DNA from: an uncultured Candidatus Peribacteria bacterium
GTDB taxonomy: Bacteria > Patescibacteriota > Gracilibacteria > 1-14-2-50-48-13
Length of the DNA stretch: 64,000 nt
NCBI GenBank assembly: GCA_964349065.1
Contig: CAYGEY010000001.1
Span: 4,261-68,260 of the forward strand
Direction: 5' to 3'
The notes beneath the pieces were generated by a model, which was not told the DNA's origin, made no database searches, and saw only the letters and a program-made list of their open reading frames with translations. Positions 54,128 through 62,728 of the stretch are shown here, piece by piece (positions within the stretch are counted from its first letter, which is position 1; every line of letters begins with the position of its first letter). Position numbers and translations under genes: made by a program.

Positions 54128-55399
54128 ATGTCATTTACCGCCATGGGGCTCTCAGCTCCACTACTCCGCGCCCTTACAGAAAAAGGATATGAAGTCCCGA
54201 CACCGATTCAAAAAGATTCCATTCCGCATATACTCAAAGGAAAAGATGTCCTAGCCAGCGCTCAAACCGGTACAGGAAAAACCGCAAGTTTTACCCTGCC
54301 CATGTTGCAAATTTTGAGCGAACGCCCAATGCACAATACACAAAAACGCCCCATTCGAGCGCTTGTTCTTACTCCCACAAGAGAACTCGCAGCACAAGTG
54401 GAAGAAAGCATTTATACGTACGGGAAATATCTGCAACTGCGCTCTACTGTCGTCTTTGGTGGAGTTGGAATTGTGCCACAAATTCAAAAACTCCGAAGTG
54501 GTGTTGATATCCTCGTTGCTACTCCAGGTCGCCTCATGGATCATATTTCTCAGGGGAATATCAATTTGAGAGAAATTGAATTTTTTGTTCTCGATGAAGC
54601 AGATCGCATGCTCGATATGGGATTTATTCATGATATCCGAAAAATCCTGAGGTTATTACCGGTCAAAAAACAGACCCTTCTTTTCTCTGCGACTTTTTCA
54701 AAAGAAATCAAAACATTGGCAAATGGGCTCCTGCACGCGCCTGTTACAATAGAAATCTCACCAGAAAAAACCACAGCTGAACGTGTTTCGCAGATTATAT
54801 ACAAAGTCGATAAAAAAAATAAGCGAGCGTTACTTTCCCACCTCATTCGCACGCACCATTGGAAACAAATACTTGTGTTTATGCGAACAAAACATGGAGC
54901 TAATAAGTTGGTCACCCAACTTGAGCAAGATGGTATTACAGCTTTGGCGATTCATGGGAACAAAAGCCAAGGCGCGAGGGTGAAAGCGCTGAGTTCATTT
55001 AAGGACGGGAAGATTCAGGCGCTGGTAGCAACTGATGTTGCTGCAAGAGGACTCGATATTGATGACCTGCCTCATGTGATCAATTTTGAACTCCCGAATG
55101 TCCCGGAGGATTATGTCCATCGAATTGGGCGAACCGGCCGTGCCGGAAAAGAAGGAATCGCTATTTCACTGGTTTGTGTGGATGAATTCGAGTTTTTAAG
55201 AGATATTGAGAAATTGTTAAAAACGAGTATTCGTAGTGAGGTGTTGAAAGGATTTGAGCCGGACCCGAGTATTAGAGCGGAACCTATTGTTATGGGCGGT
55301 GGTAGAGGTGGAAACAGAGGGGGCCATCATCAACAAAGAAGGTCTTTTGAGAGACCGAAGCAAGTGCCAAATAATAAAAATAGGTTTGGGAGGAGATAA
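54128..55399 (+). CDS. DEAD-box ATP-dependent RNA helicase (RhlE-like)
   Basis: Q-motif [34 protein letters not shown], and an RG-rich tail. The track start is TTG; first ATG at 54128. Confidence 0.9.
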   Translation: MSFTAMGLSAPLLRALTEKGYEVPTPIQKDSIPHILKGKDVLASAQTGTGKTASFTLPMLQILSERPMHNTQKRPIRALVLTPTRELAAQVEESIYTYGKYLQLRSTVVFGGVGIVPQIQKLRSGVDILVATPGRLMDHISQGNINLREIEFFVLDEADRMLDMGFIHDIRKILRLLPVKKQTLLFSATFSKEIKTLANGLLHAPVTIEISPEKTTAERVSQIIYKVDKKNKRALLSHLIRTHHWKQILVFMRTKHGANKLVTQLEQDGITALAIHGNKSQGARVKALSSFKDGKIQALVATDVAARGLDIDDLPHVINFELPNVPEDYVHRIGRTGRAGKEGIAISLVCVDEFEFLRDIEKLLKTSIRSEVLKGFEPDPSIRAEPIVMGGGRGGNRGGHHQQRRSFERPKQVPNNKNRFGRR

Positions 55400-55435
55400 G
55401 TTTGTTGTTACAATTTTACAACAGAATCGCTACAG

Positions 55436-55740
55436 AAAGCCTTTTTTAATGTTGGAGATGTGGTACTTTCTTCTGAGTATTAAATTACTCATAACGAAAT
55501 GAAGAAGAATTATTGGAAAATGAATACATGTTCTGGGGAATACCAATAACAAGAAATACAAAAACAGGACTGTATTACTTTCCTTTCACGTTTCAAAAAA
55601 GACTCAATAACAATGCATTACTGTCACAAATGAGACTTTTTGACAGTAAGAGATTATTACAAAAGATAGGTACGGTTGATAAAAAAACTTTTCAAAATAT
55701 AAAACAAAAGATCAGAGAATTTCTTTCCTCCAATCTTTAA
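55436..55740 (+). pseudogene. PemK/MazF-family toxin remnant (disrupted N-terminal part)
   Basis: The ORF 55513..55740 (TTG start) encodes ...FWGIPITRNTK...ALLSQMRLFDSKRLLQKIGTVDKKTFQNIKQKIREFL, matching the C-terminal two-thirds of MazF/EndoA. An upstream out-of-frame fragment ...FFNVGDVVLSSEY* resembles the MazF N-terminus but has no start codon, ends in TAA (55481-83), and the RP-containing loop is missing. Confidence 0.5.
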
Positions 55741-55880
55741 TCTTAAATTGTAAGGGGAACGAGATCTTTCCCCGAGGCCGAAGCCCATATTAATGAGAGG
55801 AAGAAAATAATTTTCTACTCCCAAGATCCAATGAATTGGATGATTGTAGTCTATACAGATTTATAATGTTAGCAAGAATT

Positions 55881-56609
55881 TTATTTTCCATTTTTCTTCA
55901 TCTCCCCCTCCACCGCCTCCAAAGTCAACTGCAACAACTCCACCTCTGTCTCCCCCTCATCAAAATTATGCCCGGCACCTTTCACAACATGCGACGTGGC
56001 ATTTTTCGCAACGCTCTGGTACGCCTTCATCCCATTTAACAACTCACCATCTCCCGCATAAATCAAAGTCAACGGCACATCAAGTTCAGAAACTTTTTTT
56101 TCATAATCCATCAAAGACACTTCCTTCAACATTTTTTTCGACAGAAGAGCCCCAAATCCACAATCAAGCAAAACAGCATCAAACTTAGGGACATCCGGAC
56201 CCTCAAGATATTTAGTAATATTATGCGACCCGTCCCAAAAAATCACCTGATCAAACCCCGTTTGATTCGCATGAACAATACACAGCGCCCCCATACTATG
56301 CCCCACTACAACAATATGCGAACTTCCTTTTTTCCTCACATAACTACAGAGAACATCAATATCATGCCCCTGATCTTTCATAGACGAAGTATGTAGCTTG
56401 CGCGCATCGTGTTCCCAAGAATACAGATTGTACCGAACAGTTGCGATCTTGTGCTTCTCAAAAAGCCTCGCTGCATTGTAATATTTGGACTCGAGAGAGG
56501 AACTGGTAAGACCATGCACAAAAATCACCGTCGGCCAGGAGTATTCACCGCGGTGAGTGCCGTAGATTTTCTTTTTGGATGAGGTTGGGATGTTGAGGGG
56601 GTGGGACAT
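55881..56609 (-). CDS. alpha/beta hydrolase
   Basis: Nucleophile elbow VVVGHSMGA; VIFVHG oxyanion region; first ATG at 56609 (the track start is TTG). Confidence 0.7.
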   Translation of the reverse strand: MSHPLNIPTSSKKKIYGTHRGEYSWPTVIFVHGLTSSSLESKYYNAARLFEKHKIATVRYNLYSWEHDARKLHTSSMKDQGHDIDVLCSYVRKKGSSHIVVVGHSMGALCIVHANQTGFDQVIFWDGSHNITKYLEGPDVPKFDAVLLDCGFGALLSKKMLKEVSLMDYEKKVSELDVPLTLIYAGDGELLNGMKAYQSVAKNATSHVVKGAGHNFDEGETEVELLQLTLEAVEGEMKKNGK

Positions 56610-56770
56610 TGGAGAGAAAAATATTATATTCGCGAATATTGTAGTAGAATTATGAAAAGAAAAAAGTTGGAAATACAAAATTCACATGCATTTATTTACT
56701 CAAATTTATTGACAAAGAACTAATAAAACATTTAAATACTATCAATATAAAAATTGAAGGAAGTACATCT

Positions 56771-57085
56771 ATGTCACTCTCTTGCGATGAAACTGGAAAA
56801 ACAATTATGGGTGGAGACACCTTCTATGCTGGAACTAGAGACGATGTTCGCTGGTATAAAGCTTTAAGTGCTAGTGTTATTGATTCAATACCTACTAGCA
56901 AAAGAAGTTCGACACCAAGAAAAAAAGGAGAACTTGGTGCAGATATCCATAAAGCAAGTGGTGAAGGAGGTGGGTTCACTGGTGCTGTACAAAATGGTGC
57001 TTGGAGTCTTGATGAATTTTTATTCTCAATTGATACCGACACTGTAAATGAATTCCTACCTAGAAGCTACAGAGCCTATACGTAA
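56771..57085 (+). CDS. hypothetical protein (104 aa)
   Basis: ATG-started ORF followed immediately by a 44-bp perfect palindrome. No family recognised. Confidence 0.45.
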   Translation: MSLSCDETGKTIMGGDTFYAGTRDDVRWYKALSASVIDSIPTSKRSSTPRKKGELGADIHKASGEGGGFTGAVQNGAWSLDEFLFSIDTDTVNEFLPRSYRAYT

Positions 57086-57088
57086 CTA

Positions 57089-57132
57089 GGTTCTGATTGG
57101 GTAATTATCATGATAATTACCCAATCAGAACC
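57089..57132. repeat. 44-bp perfect palindrome (bidirectional terminator candidate)
   Basis: GGTTCTGATTGGGTAATTATCA|TGATAATTACCCAATCAGAACC between convergent genes; no flanking T-tract. Confidence 0.85.
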
Positions 57133-57199
57133 ATTTCCCTATGAAAGAAAAAATAATTTCAAATAGCCCCATTCCGAGGCTATCAATATGAGAAACTAT

Positions 57200-57412
57200 T
57201 TAAGTGCTTATTTCAGCAATAATTTTCTCATCTTTTTTGAGTTTAAACGAACGCTTTTTATATTGGTAAATCAAATGTCCCCAGAATCTAATTGCTATAG
57301 TGGGATATTTGTCCTTCGCAGCATCATCTGATTCTGCATCAAAATAATGTAGATCATTTTTTGCATCAGAAGAGTCATTTCTCAGACTCATTTCTATACA
57401 GTATTTTGGCAT
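57200..57412 (-). CDS. hypothetical small protein (70 aa)
   Basis: ATG preceded by the SD CAGGAGAT and a consensus promoter (see 57453..57480). Confidence 0.5.
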   Translation of the reverse strand: MPKYCIEMSLRNDSSDAKNDLHYFDAESDDAAKDKYPTIAIRFWGHLIYQYKKRSFKLKKDEKIIAEIST

Positions 57413-57452
57413 TATATCTCCTGTCCTATATTTTTTAATTTATTTTAAAAAC

Positions 57453-57480
57453 ATTATATAATTAAATTATATAATGTCAA
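57453..57480 (-). promoter_or_regulatory. near-consensus sigma70 promoter (copy 1 of a duplicated promoter/leader cassette)
   Basis: Minus strand TTGACA, 16-nt spacer, TATAAT. The about 70-nt leader is roughly 85% identical by eye to 58786..58853. Confidence 0.6.
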
Positions 57481-57577
57481 ACAACAATAAACCTCAGAGC
57501 GAAATGCTGTATTGCAACATTACAAGAACATAGTAGATTAATTTAAAATAACTTAAGAAATAAAAGGAAAAATAGAA

Positions 57578-58015
57578 ATGCTACGTATTCCAAAACCATG
57601 TGTCCCAACAAAGAATACTCCATCCAGTGTTTATTCACTTCGTGGCAAAGTGGTGGAACACAGTGTGAAAGTGTCAGGATGGTGGATTTTTAAAACAAAA
57701 ATACCAATTTGTATCATTCAATTGAATGAAGAACAAGTGTCAATCTTCAACAAGATTGCGCAAACAACTATGTTAGGCTATGGAGGAGATGAAAGAAATT
57801 ATCACAAAGGAATTGAATCACTGCTAAAAATCGGTATGCCAGTAGAACAATTAGGAGAATACGCGGTTGGAGCTGAGATTGGAATTTCTTTTAAGTACAG
57901 TGGCCCATTAGAGCAATTCTTTAATGGAAGTGAAACACTGAGGGTGATCAAGTTCAAAGTAATTGATTCCGATGCTATACTTGAAAACGAAATACAAGAG
58001 AAGCCACCAGCTTGA
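57578..58015 (+). CDS. hypothetical protein (145 aa)
   Basis: ATG with the SD-like AAAAGGAAAAATAGAAATG; followed by a terminator. Confidence 0.5.
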   Translation: MLRIPKPCVPTKNTPSSVYSLRGKVVEHSVKVSGWWIFKTKIPICIIQLNEEQVSIFNKIAQTTMLGYGGDERNYHKGIESLLKIGMPVEQLGEYAVGAEIGISFKYSGPLEQFFNGSETLRVIKFKVIDSDAILENEIQEKPPA

Positions 58016-58030
58016 TAACGATACAAATAA

Positions 58031-58069
58031 AAGGGACTGATACCATTGGTAACAATCCCTTATTTTTTT
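58031..58069 (+). terminator. rho-independent terminator
   Basis: AAGGGA...TCCCTT stem (with an inner TACC/GGTA helix) followed by a T7 run. Confidence 0.55.
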
Positions 58070-58105
58070 ATTAACTCAAACAAATGAATTTCGGTTTTTG
58101 TAAAT

Positions 58106-58294
58106 TTAATATGACTGTCCAATGATAAGATGCTCTAAACATCTGAGACAAACCCATATTTTATCAAAACTTCTACTACGCATAGCGGGAATTGTAGGAA
58201 TATCACACCTGACACAATGTCCCTCTCCACACCGTTTTTGTTTTTCCCAATGTCTTTCCCTCATTTGCTCTTCTGAGCGTGTGTTTCCAGCCAT
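58106..58294 (-). CDS. small zinc-ribbon-like protein (62 aa)
   Basis: Two Cys pairs (CGEGHCVRC ... CLRC). The ATG overlaps the upstream stop (TAATG). Confidence 0.5.
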   Translation of the reverse strand: MAGNTRSEEQMRERHWEKQKRCGEGHCVRCDIPTIPAMRSRSFDKIWVCLRCLEHLIIGQSY

Positions 58295-58785
58295 TATTTA
58301 TTTTCTTTCTGTTCTATAATTTTTTTAAGATTGTATTCATGTTGAGCTTTATAATTTTTAATCAAAAGCATCATTATTGTTTTTGTATCTTCATTAAAAT
58401 TATGACAATCATTTGTAATATAATTCTCTGTTTTTTCAGCATCATCCAGAGATCTAATTTCTGCGTTGGTAAACATATAATCTGCAAAAGAATTATTCGT
58501 ATTACATAATACACTTAATTCATAATAGGATATATCCTCACCTGTTAAAATTGATTCTAGATGCAATGAAAATGGTGTGCCTCCATCTAATACCGCTACC
58601 AATCTCAGGGCGATAAGTAGTGCATCCAAATGGCTGGAAAACATATCAAAAGGATTCAGAAAATTAACGGAATTATTCTTTTCCACCATTGCTAGTAGGA
58701 ACCGAATATCTCCAATGTTAAAGTTTTGAGAAATCTCAAGACTTGGTAATGAATACCCTTTCCCTAATTCAAGAAATTTTGACAT
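58294..58785 (-). CDS. hypothetical protein (163 aa)
   Basis: The ATG at 58785 aligns with the start of the 70-aa gene in the duplicated leader; the track start 58827 is a GTG inside the promoter. Confidence 0.55.
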   Translation of the reverse strand: MSKFLELGKGYSLPSLEISQNFNIGDIRFLLAMVEKNNSVNFLNPFDMFSSHLDALLIALRLVAVLDGGTPFSLHLESILTGEDISYYELSVLCNTNNSFADYMFTNAEIRSLDDAEKTENYITNDCHNFNEDTKTIMMLLIKNYKAQHEYNLKKIIEQKENK

Positions 58786-58825
58786 TATTATACCTGTCCT
58801 ATATTTTTTATTTACTTTTAAAAAC

Positions 58826-58853
58826 ACTATATAATTAAATTACAAAGTGTCAA
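58826..58853 (-). promoter_or_regulatory. near-consensus sigma70 promoter (copy 2 of the duplicated cassette)
   Basis: Minus strand TTGACA, 16-nt spacer, TATAGT, directly after the stop of the upstream gene (58855). Confidence 0.55.
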
Positions 58854-58854
58854 T

Positions 58855-59436
58855 TTAAAGAATAATCCTTTCCAGCAATTCAGGAAACTCCTCTGTACCC
58901 ATATCGCCAAGCGTATAATGCCCACGTCCCTTCAATTCTATAACCTCCCCGCCTAATGCTTTGTGAAAAATTTTCAAACTTTCCTTTCCTTCATCTTCTT
59001 CGTCATCGGCAGTAAACATGATAATCTCAACTACGCGAGATTTTATACTCTCATCTATAGGATAGGTGTAAAACTCTTTTTTCAACTCATCGTCTTGATC
59101 TGGTATTTTCCACGGTGCAACAAGGACAAGTTTAAAAATTTTCTTCTTTGTTTCCCCGAGCCACCGAACAAGAAAAGCACATCCGCAACTATGACCAACC
59201 AAAATCGTCTTCTCACTAACTTCATATTTTTCAAATTCTGTTTTGAATTTTTGATAATCCGGTTCCCATGGATCAGGCATGAGCGGCGTTTCAGTTTCAA
59301 TCCCTGCAGATATAAGATTACGTTTAAGCCACGGAATCCAATGTTTATTGTATGTCCGAGTTGCAGGATTCATTGCCTTTTCAGCATTTGACGGACAGCC
59401 ATGAATGATTATGCAATTTGATTTATTATCTTCCAT
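58855..59436 (-). CDS. RBBP9/YdeN-like serine hydrolase (alpha/beta fold)
   Basis: IIIHGCPSN..., HWIPWLKRNL, and a nucleophile elbow-like region in ILVGHSCGCAFLVRWL. Size and motif order fit the Ser_hydrolase family. Confidence 0.65.
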   Translation of the reverse strand: MEDNKSNCIIIHGCPSNAEKAMNPATRTYNKHWIPWLKRNLISAGIETETPLMPDPWEPDYQKFKTEFEKYEVSEKTILVGHSCGCAFLVRWLGETKKKIFKLVLVAPWKIPDQDDELKKEFYTYPIDESIKSRVVEIIMFTADDEEDEGKESLKIFHKALGGEVIELKGRGHYTLGDMGTEEFPELLERIIL

Positions 59437-59522
59437 ATTTTTTTATACTAAATGAATGTATACACTATCAACACTTGTTAGTATACTTCACTCTGGCGCG
59501 ATGACAATAACACCCCTCCCCT

Positions 59523-60209
59523 TTATTGAAAAGCTTCAATTGTCGGTATTAATTTTTTACGTAGTTCCTCCTCAATACTCTTATGATCTTCTGAAAAGAA
59601 CTCAATAATCTCAGAAGTATTTTTTACCTCCTTCACTATATGAAACCTTCTATAGTTATCTCTATAATAAATTCTACCCGTATCTCTTGCATACTCATCA
59701 TCAATAATTTGAAATGATAGCGGATCTGCATTTGCTATAACCCTTCCATAAAAGTAAACATGACTCTTATCTTTCGCATAGTAGTCACCTGAATAGTCGA
59801 ACCCACTCTTAGGATCACCGATCAGCACAAAAGAGTTATAGTCTATATTTTGTATTGTTTCACATTTAGTCGATATTCTAAAGGCGTCCGGCCCTGTCCA
59901 ACTACAAATATAAACATTATTTTTATCTTTTACATAATCTCTGTTTAAGACTTCAAAAGTTTTTGGGTCAGCTCCTAATATCTCTTGCTTTTCAACAGCA
60001 CAATTATCACACCCACGCCCTCCATGAACCTCATAAAAAACATGATGATTATTCTTAAAATAATGCTCTCCTGTTAGCGGATACACAGATAATTCCACAG
60101 TTGGTCCCTGGAAGGGATCTATAAAAAAGAAGAGTCCAAATACCAACAAACAGAGGATACTTACTCCAATAATTTTAAGCTTTTTTTTCATGATATTGAG
60201 AATATTCAT
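59523..60209 (-). CDS. DKNYY-repeat family protein, membrane anchored
   Basis: Repeated D-K-N-x-V-Y type motifs: VKDKNNVYI, YAKDKSHVYFYG, YARDTGRIYY. N-terminal TM helix. Confidence 0.6.
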   Translation of the reverse strand: MNILNIMKKKLKIIGVSILCLLVFGLFFFIDPFQGPTVELSVYPLTGEHYFKNNHHVFYEVHGGRGCDNCAVEKQEILGADPKTFEVLNRDYVKDKNNVYICSWTGPDAFRISTKCETIQNIDYNSFVLIGDPKSGFDYSGDYYAKDKSHVYFYGRVIANADPLSFQIIDDEYARDTGRIYYRDNYRRFHIVKEVKNTSEIIEFFSEDHKSIEEELRKKLIPTIEAFQ

Positions 60210-60258
60210 TCAGTCCTAATAAGGAAACTATAATGCGATTATTGTTTAAATCTAGTTT

Positions 60259-60683
60259 TGGTGGAGATGCCGAGAATCGAACTCGGGTATAACAATGCCC
60301 CATATATCCTTCTACAATCATAGTTTACTTTGGGTGAAAGACAGAGGGATAAAAAGAAAACAAAAGCCCCAATATCTTCTATGAGAAAAATTGTCGATCA
60401 TGCATTCTCCCACAGCATAAATGCAGACCTATCCTCTGTGTTGCGCCTGTACGAATCAGAGGAGTCGTAAGTACAGACGTTGCCGAAATTAATCAGCGTG
60501 AGTTAAAACTAATTAGGCAGCAACTGGAGAATATCCAAATGCAGACGCTAAAAGGTCATTAGCTCGAGCAAAAGTGTTTTTTGCGTTTAGGTTTGTTATT
60601 GATAGTTATGGTGTTCAATAACAGAAAACACCAGATTGCGAGACATACAGTTACAGCGTTGCCAGCGAAACCATGTCATCCCC
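60259..60683 (-). ncRNA. ssrA: tmRNA (SsrA), about 425 nt
   Basis: 5' end GGGGATGACATGGTTTCG...; 3' end ...CCGAGTTCGATTCTCGGCATCTCCACCA. Acceptor stem with a G3-U pair. Tag reading frame 60513..60584 (GCA resume codon) encodes AKNTFARANDLLASAFGYSPVAA followed by TAA. Confidence 0.9.
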
Positions 60684-60841
60684 ATATTTCAATGAACATG
60701 TGTATTGTAGTACAAATTGAGGAAAAAGCAACACAAAATAAGAACTTCCATTCTTAAAACTAATGATATTTCGCTATATTTAAAGCCATGTTTCATACAA
60801 ATATATTTTAGTGTCAATTTGAATTTACATCAAATGCATAT

Positions 60842-61021
60842 TTAATGTAAATTCAAATTATCATTATTTTTCAAACACAAATACAGTACATCCTGAAGAT
60901 TCTCTAACATTTCCTCCTCAGTCCTACCCGCCGCATAGCAACTCTGAACAGCAGAAATAGAGCCAATAAACATACCATCTTCATCTTGTTCAACAACTAT
61001 TTCAAATAATTGTTCCTTCAT
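60842..61021 (-). CDS. HicB-like (UPF0150) antitoxin-family protein, 59 aa
   Basis: Own translation: MKEQLFEIVVEQDEDGMFIGSISAVQSCYAAGRTEEEMLENLQDVLYLCLKNNDNLNLH. It matches the HicB N-terminal pattern (..e.deDG.y.a.vp.l.gc.a.G.T.eEal.n..dal.l.l). One residue below the track cutoff. Confidence 0.6.
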   Translation of the reverse strand: MKEQLFEIVVEQDEDGMFIGSISAVQSCYAAGRTEEEMLENLQDVLYLCLKNNDNLNLH

Positions 61022-61040
61022 GCTTTTAGTAATTAGATCA

Positions 61041-62477
61041 TTATCTCACCTTCAATAACTTCACCCCACCTCTCTGAACTACACTCGCCATCATCCCTTT
61101 CTGGATCTTGATCCTCCCTCCCGGACCCACAACCACATCCCACTTCCGCCTCTCATCCACATACAAAATCCCGCGTTCCATAAGCTCTTTTGGCACGATC
61201 TCCGTACTCTTCCTCCCTTGCACCACATCAAACTTCACCGAAACCAGCTTGGACAAATCCATCCCCTCTTTCTTTTGCACATCAATATGAATCCCCAGCG
61301 TCTTCTCGAGTTTCTGAATATTCGCGCCACCCTTCCCGATAAACGAAGGAATCTCTCGATCATCCATCCGGAGTGAAATACTACTCGCGCCCAAAACCTC
61401 AATATCATACGGCGTCCCGATGATCTCCGATAACTTACGCTTAATCTCCGGCAACTTGTGAGAAAGCTCAGCAATCCCCTCCTCAGACTGTTTTTTCGCC
61501 TTTGGAATATCAATCACCACAACCTGATCACTAAACGTATAAATCTCAAACAATTCTTTTTCAGTAAAGAAATCATAAATCATAATACAAGGCCTCGCCA
61601 TATCCGAGTCCGTCATCCCCACCGGCACTTTCACAGTGGATGTGAGCGTGTACACCTCCGCAATCCCACCATCTTTAATAAAAATCACCGTATCAATAAC
61701 ATGCGCGATCATACCAAGCTCAATCTTGCCAATACACCTCTGGATCGCATCTATAGCTCGTTCCGCATGCACCACACCGACCATTCCTATCCCCGTCAAA
61801 CGAAGATCTTTAAACAACACAAAATCCTCAGGGTTTCGGATCTCATCAAAAAACGTATAATCCGGTCTCGTCAGAAGGAGCAAATCCCGAATCGTATTCG
61901 TCGAAGAATGGCTCAAACTATACTGCGTCACTCCTGCCGGAACATGCAAGTCCCTCGGAACCTCTATTGTTTTAATAATTTTATTTTGTGCATAATACAG
62001 CTCGCAAAGCGCCTGTGCAAAAGTTGATTTCCCATTTCCGGGGGCTCCTGCAATAAGCACTCCTTCAGCTTTCCCTTTAAATCTCTCCAAAAGCTTAGGA
62101 TCCAAATCATAATCCCCAAGTGCCAATCGCTTAATCGGCCGCACTACGGTAATCTCAATCTCTTTTGAAAGTGGTGGAAACGTAATCACTGTTCGCATAT
62201 CATCGATCTGCAGTACTTTCACATACTTGCTTTCTTGCTCCAAAAATGCGGTATCAGAATGTTCTACAACGATGAGTAGCTCTGAAATCAACGCCTCTAA
62301 TTCAGCCCTTGATAATGCTTCTTCATGTTCCAACACCTTCAGATCCCAAGCACCGGGACGACCCACCTTAACCAATGGCTTCATATTTTCCTTCAAATGC
62401 ACACTCATCACTGATTCAGAGAAATATTTGGAAAGTTGAGATTTCATAAATTCATAAATAGTTATTATCAAAACCAT
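61041..62477 (-). CDS. PilT/PhoH-like P-loop ATPase with a C-terminal KH domain (COG1855-like) lacking the usual N-terminal PIN domain
   Basis: Walker A in LIAGAPGNGKSTF; TRPDYTFFDEIR; LRLTGIGMVGVVHA; the KH motif FIGKGGANIQKLEKTLG. Start uncertain: ATG at 62477, 62447 or 62408; the track start is GTG. Confidence 0.7.
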   Translation of the reverse strand: MVLIITIYEFMKSQLSKYFSESVMSVHLKENMKPLVKVGRPGAWDLKVLEHEEALSRAELEALISELLIVVEHSDTAFLEQESKYVKVLQIDDMRTVITFPPLSKEIEITVVRPIKRLALGDYDLDPKLLERFKGKAEGVLIAGAPGNGKSTFAQALCELYYAQNKIIKTIEVPRDLHVPAGVTQYSLSHSSTNTIRDLLLLTRPDYTFFDEIRNPEDFVLFKDLRLTGIGMVGVVHAERAIDAIQRCIGKIELGMIAHVIDTVIFIKDGGIAEVYTLTSTVKVPVGMTDSDMARPCIMIYDFFTEKELFEIYTFSDQVVVIDIPKAKKQSEEGIAELSHKLPEIKRKLSEIIGTPYDIEVLGASSISLRMDDREIPSFIGKGGANIQKLEKTLGIHIDVQKKEGMDLSKLVSVKFDVVQGRKSTEIVPKELMERGILYVDERRKWDVVVGPGGRIKIQKGMMASVVQRGGVKLLKVR

Positions 62478-62728
62478 ACCCTCTTTTTTTAAAGAATCAA
62501 GAAAGGTTTTGTATACAATTTGTATGCAAAATATAAAATAATCTGAATACAATTTTTTAGCAATGAACACTTTTTTGACTCTAAAAAATCATTACCAATA
62601 GATAATATACGAAGATGTTATGAAAATAATCTAAGGCTAAAAAGCGCTTTTCCCTTTTGTTCTTGCACACTCTCAATTCGCAAACTATACTCTTGATATA
62701 ACCTCTTCAACTTAAAAATAATAATCAT

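Noticed and set aside
60700-60841. A possible HicA toxin downstream of the HicB-like gene (a 35-codon ORF starting MKHGFKY).
   Set aside because: It is too short, lacks the GSH motif and dsRBD-like core, and overlaps the promoter-proximal side of ssrA. At best it is a remnant.
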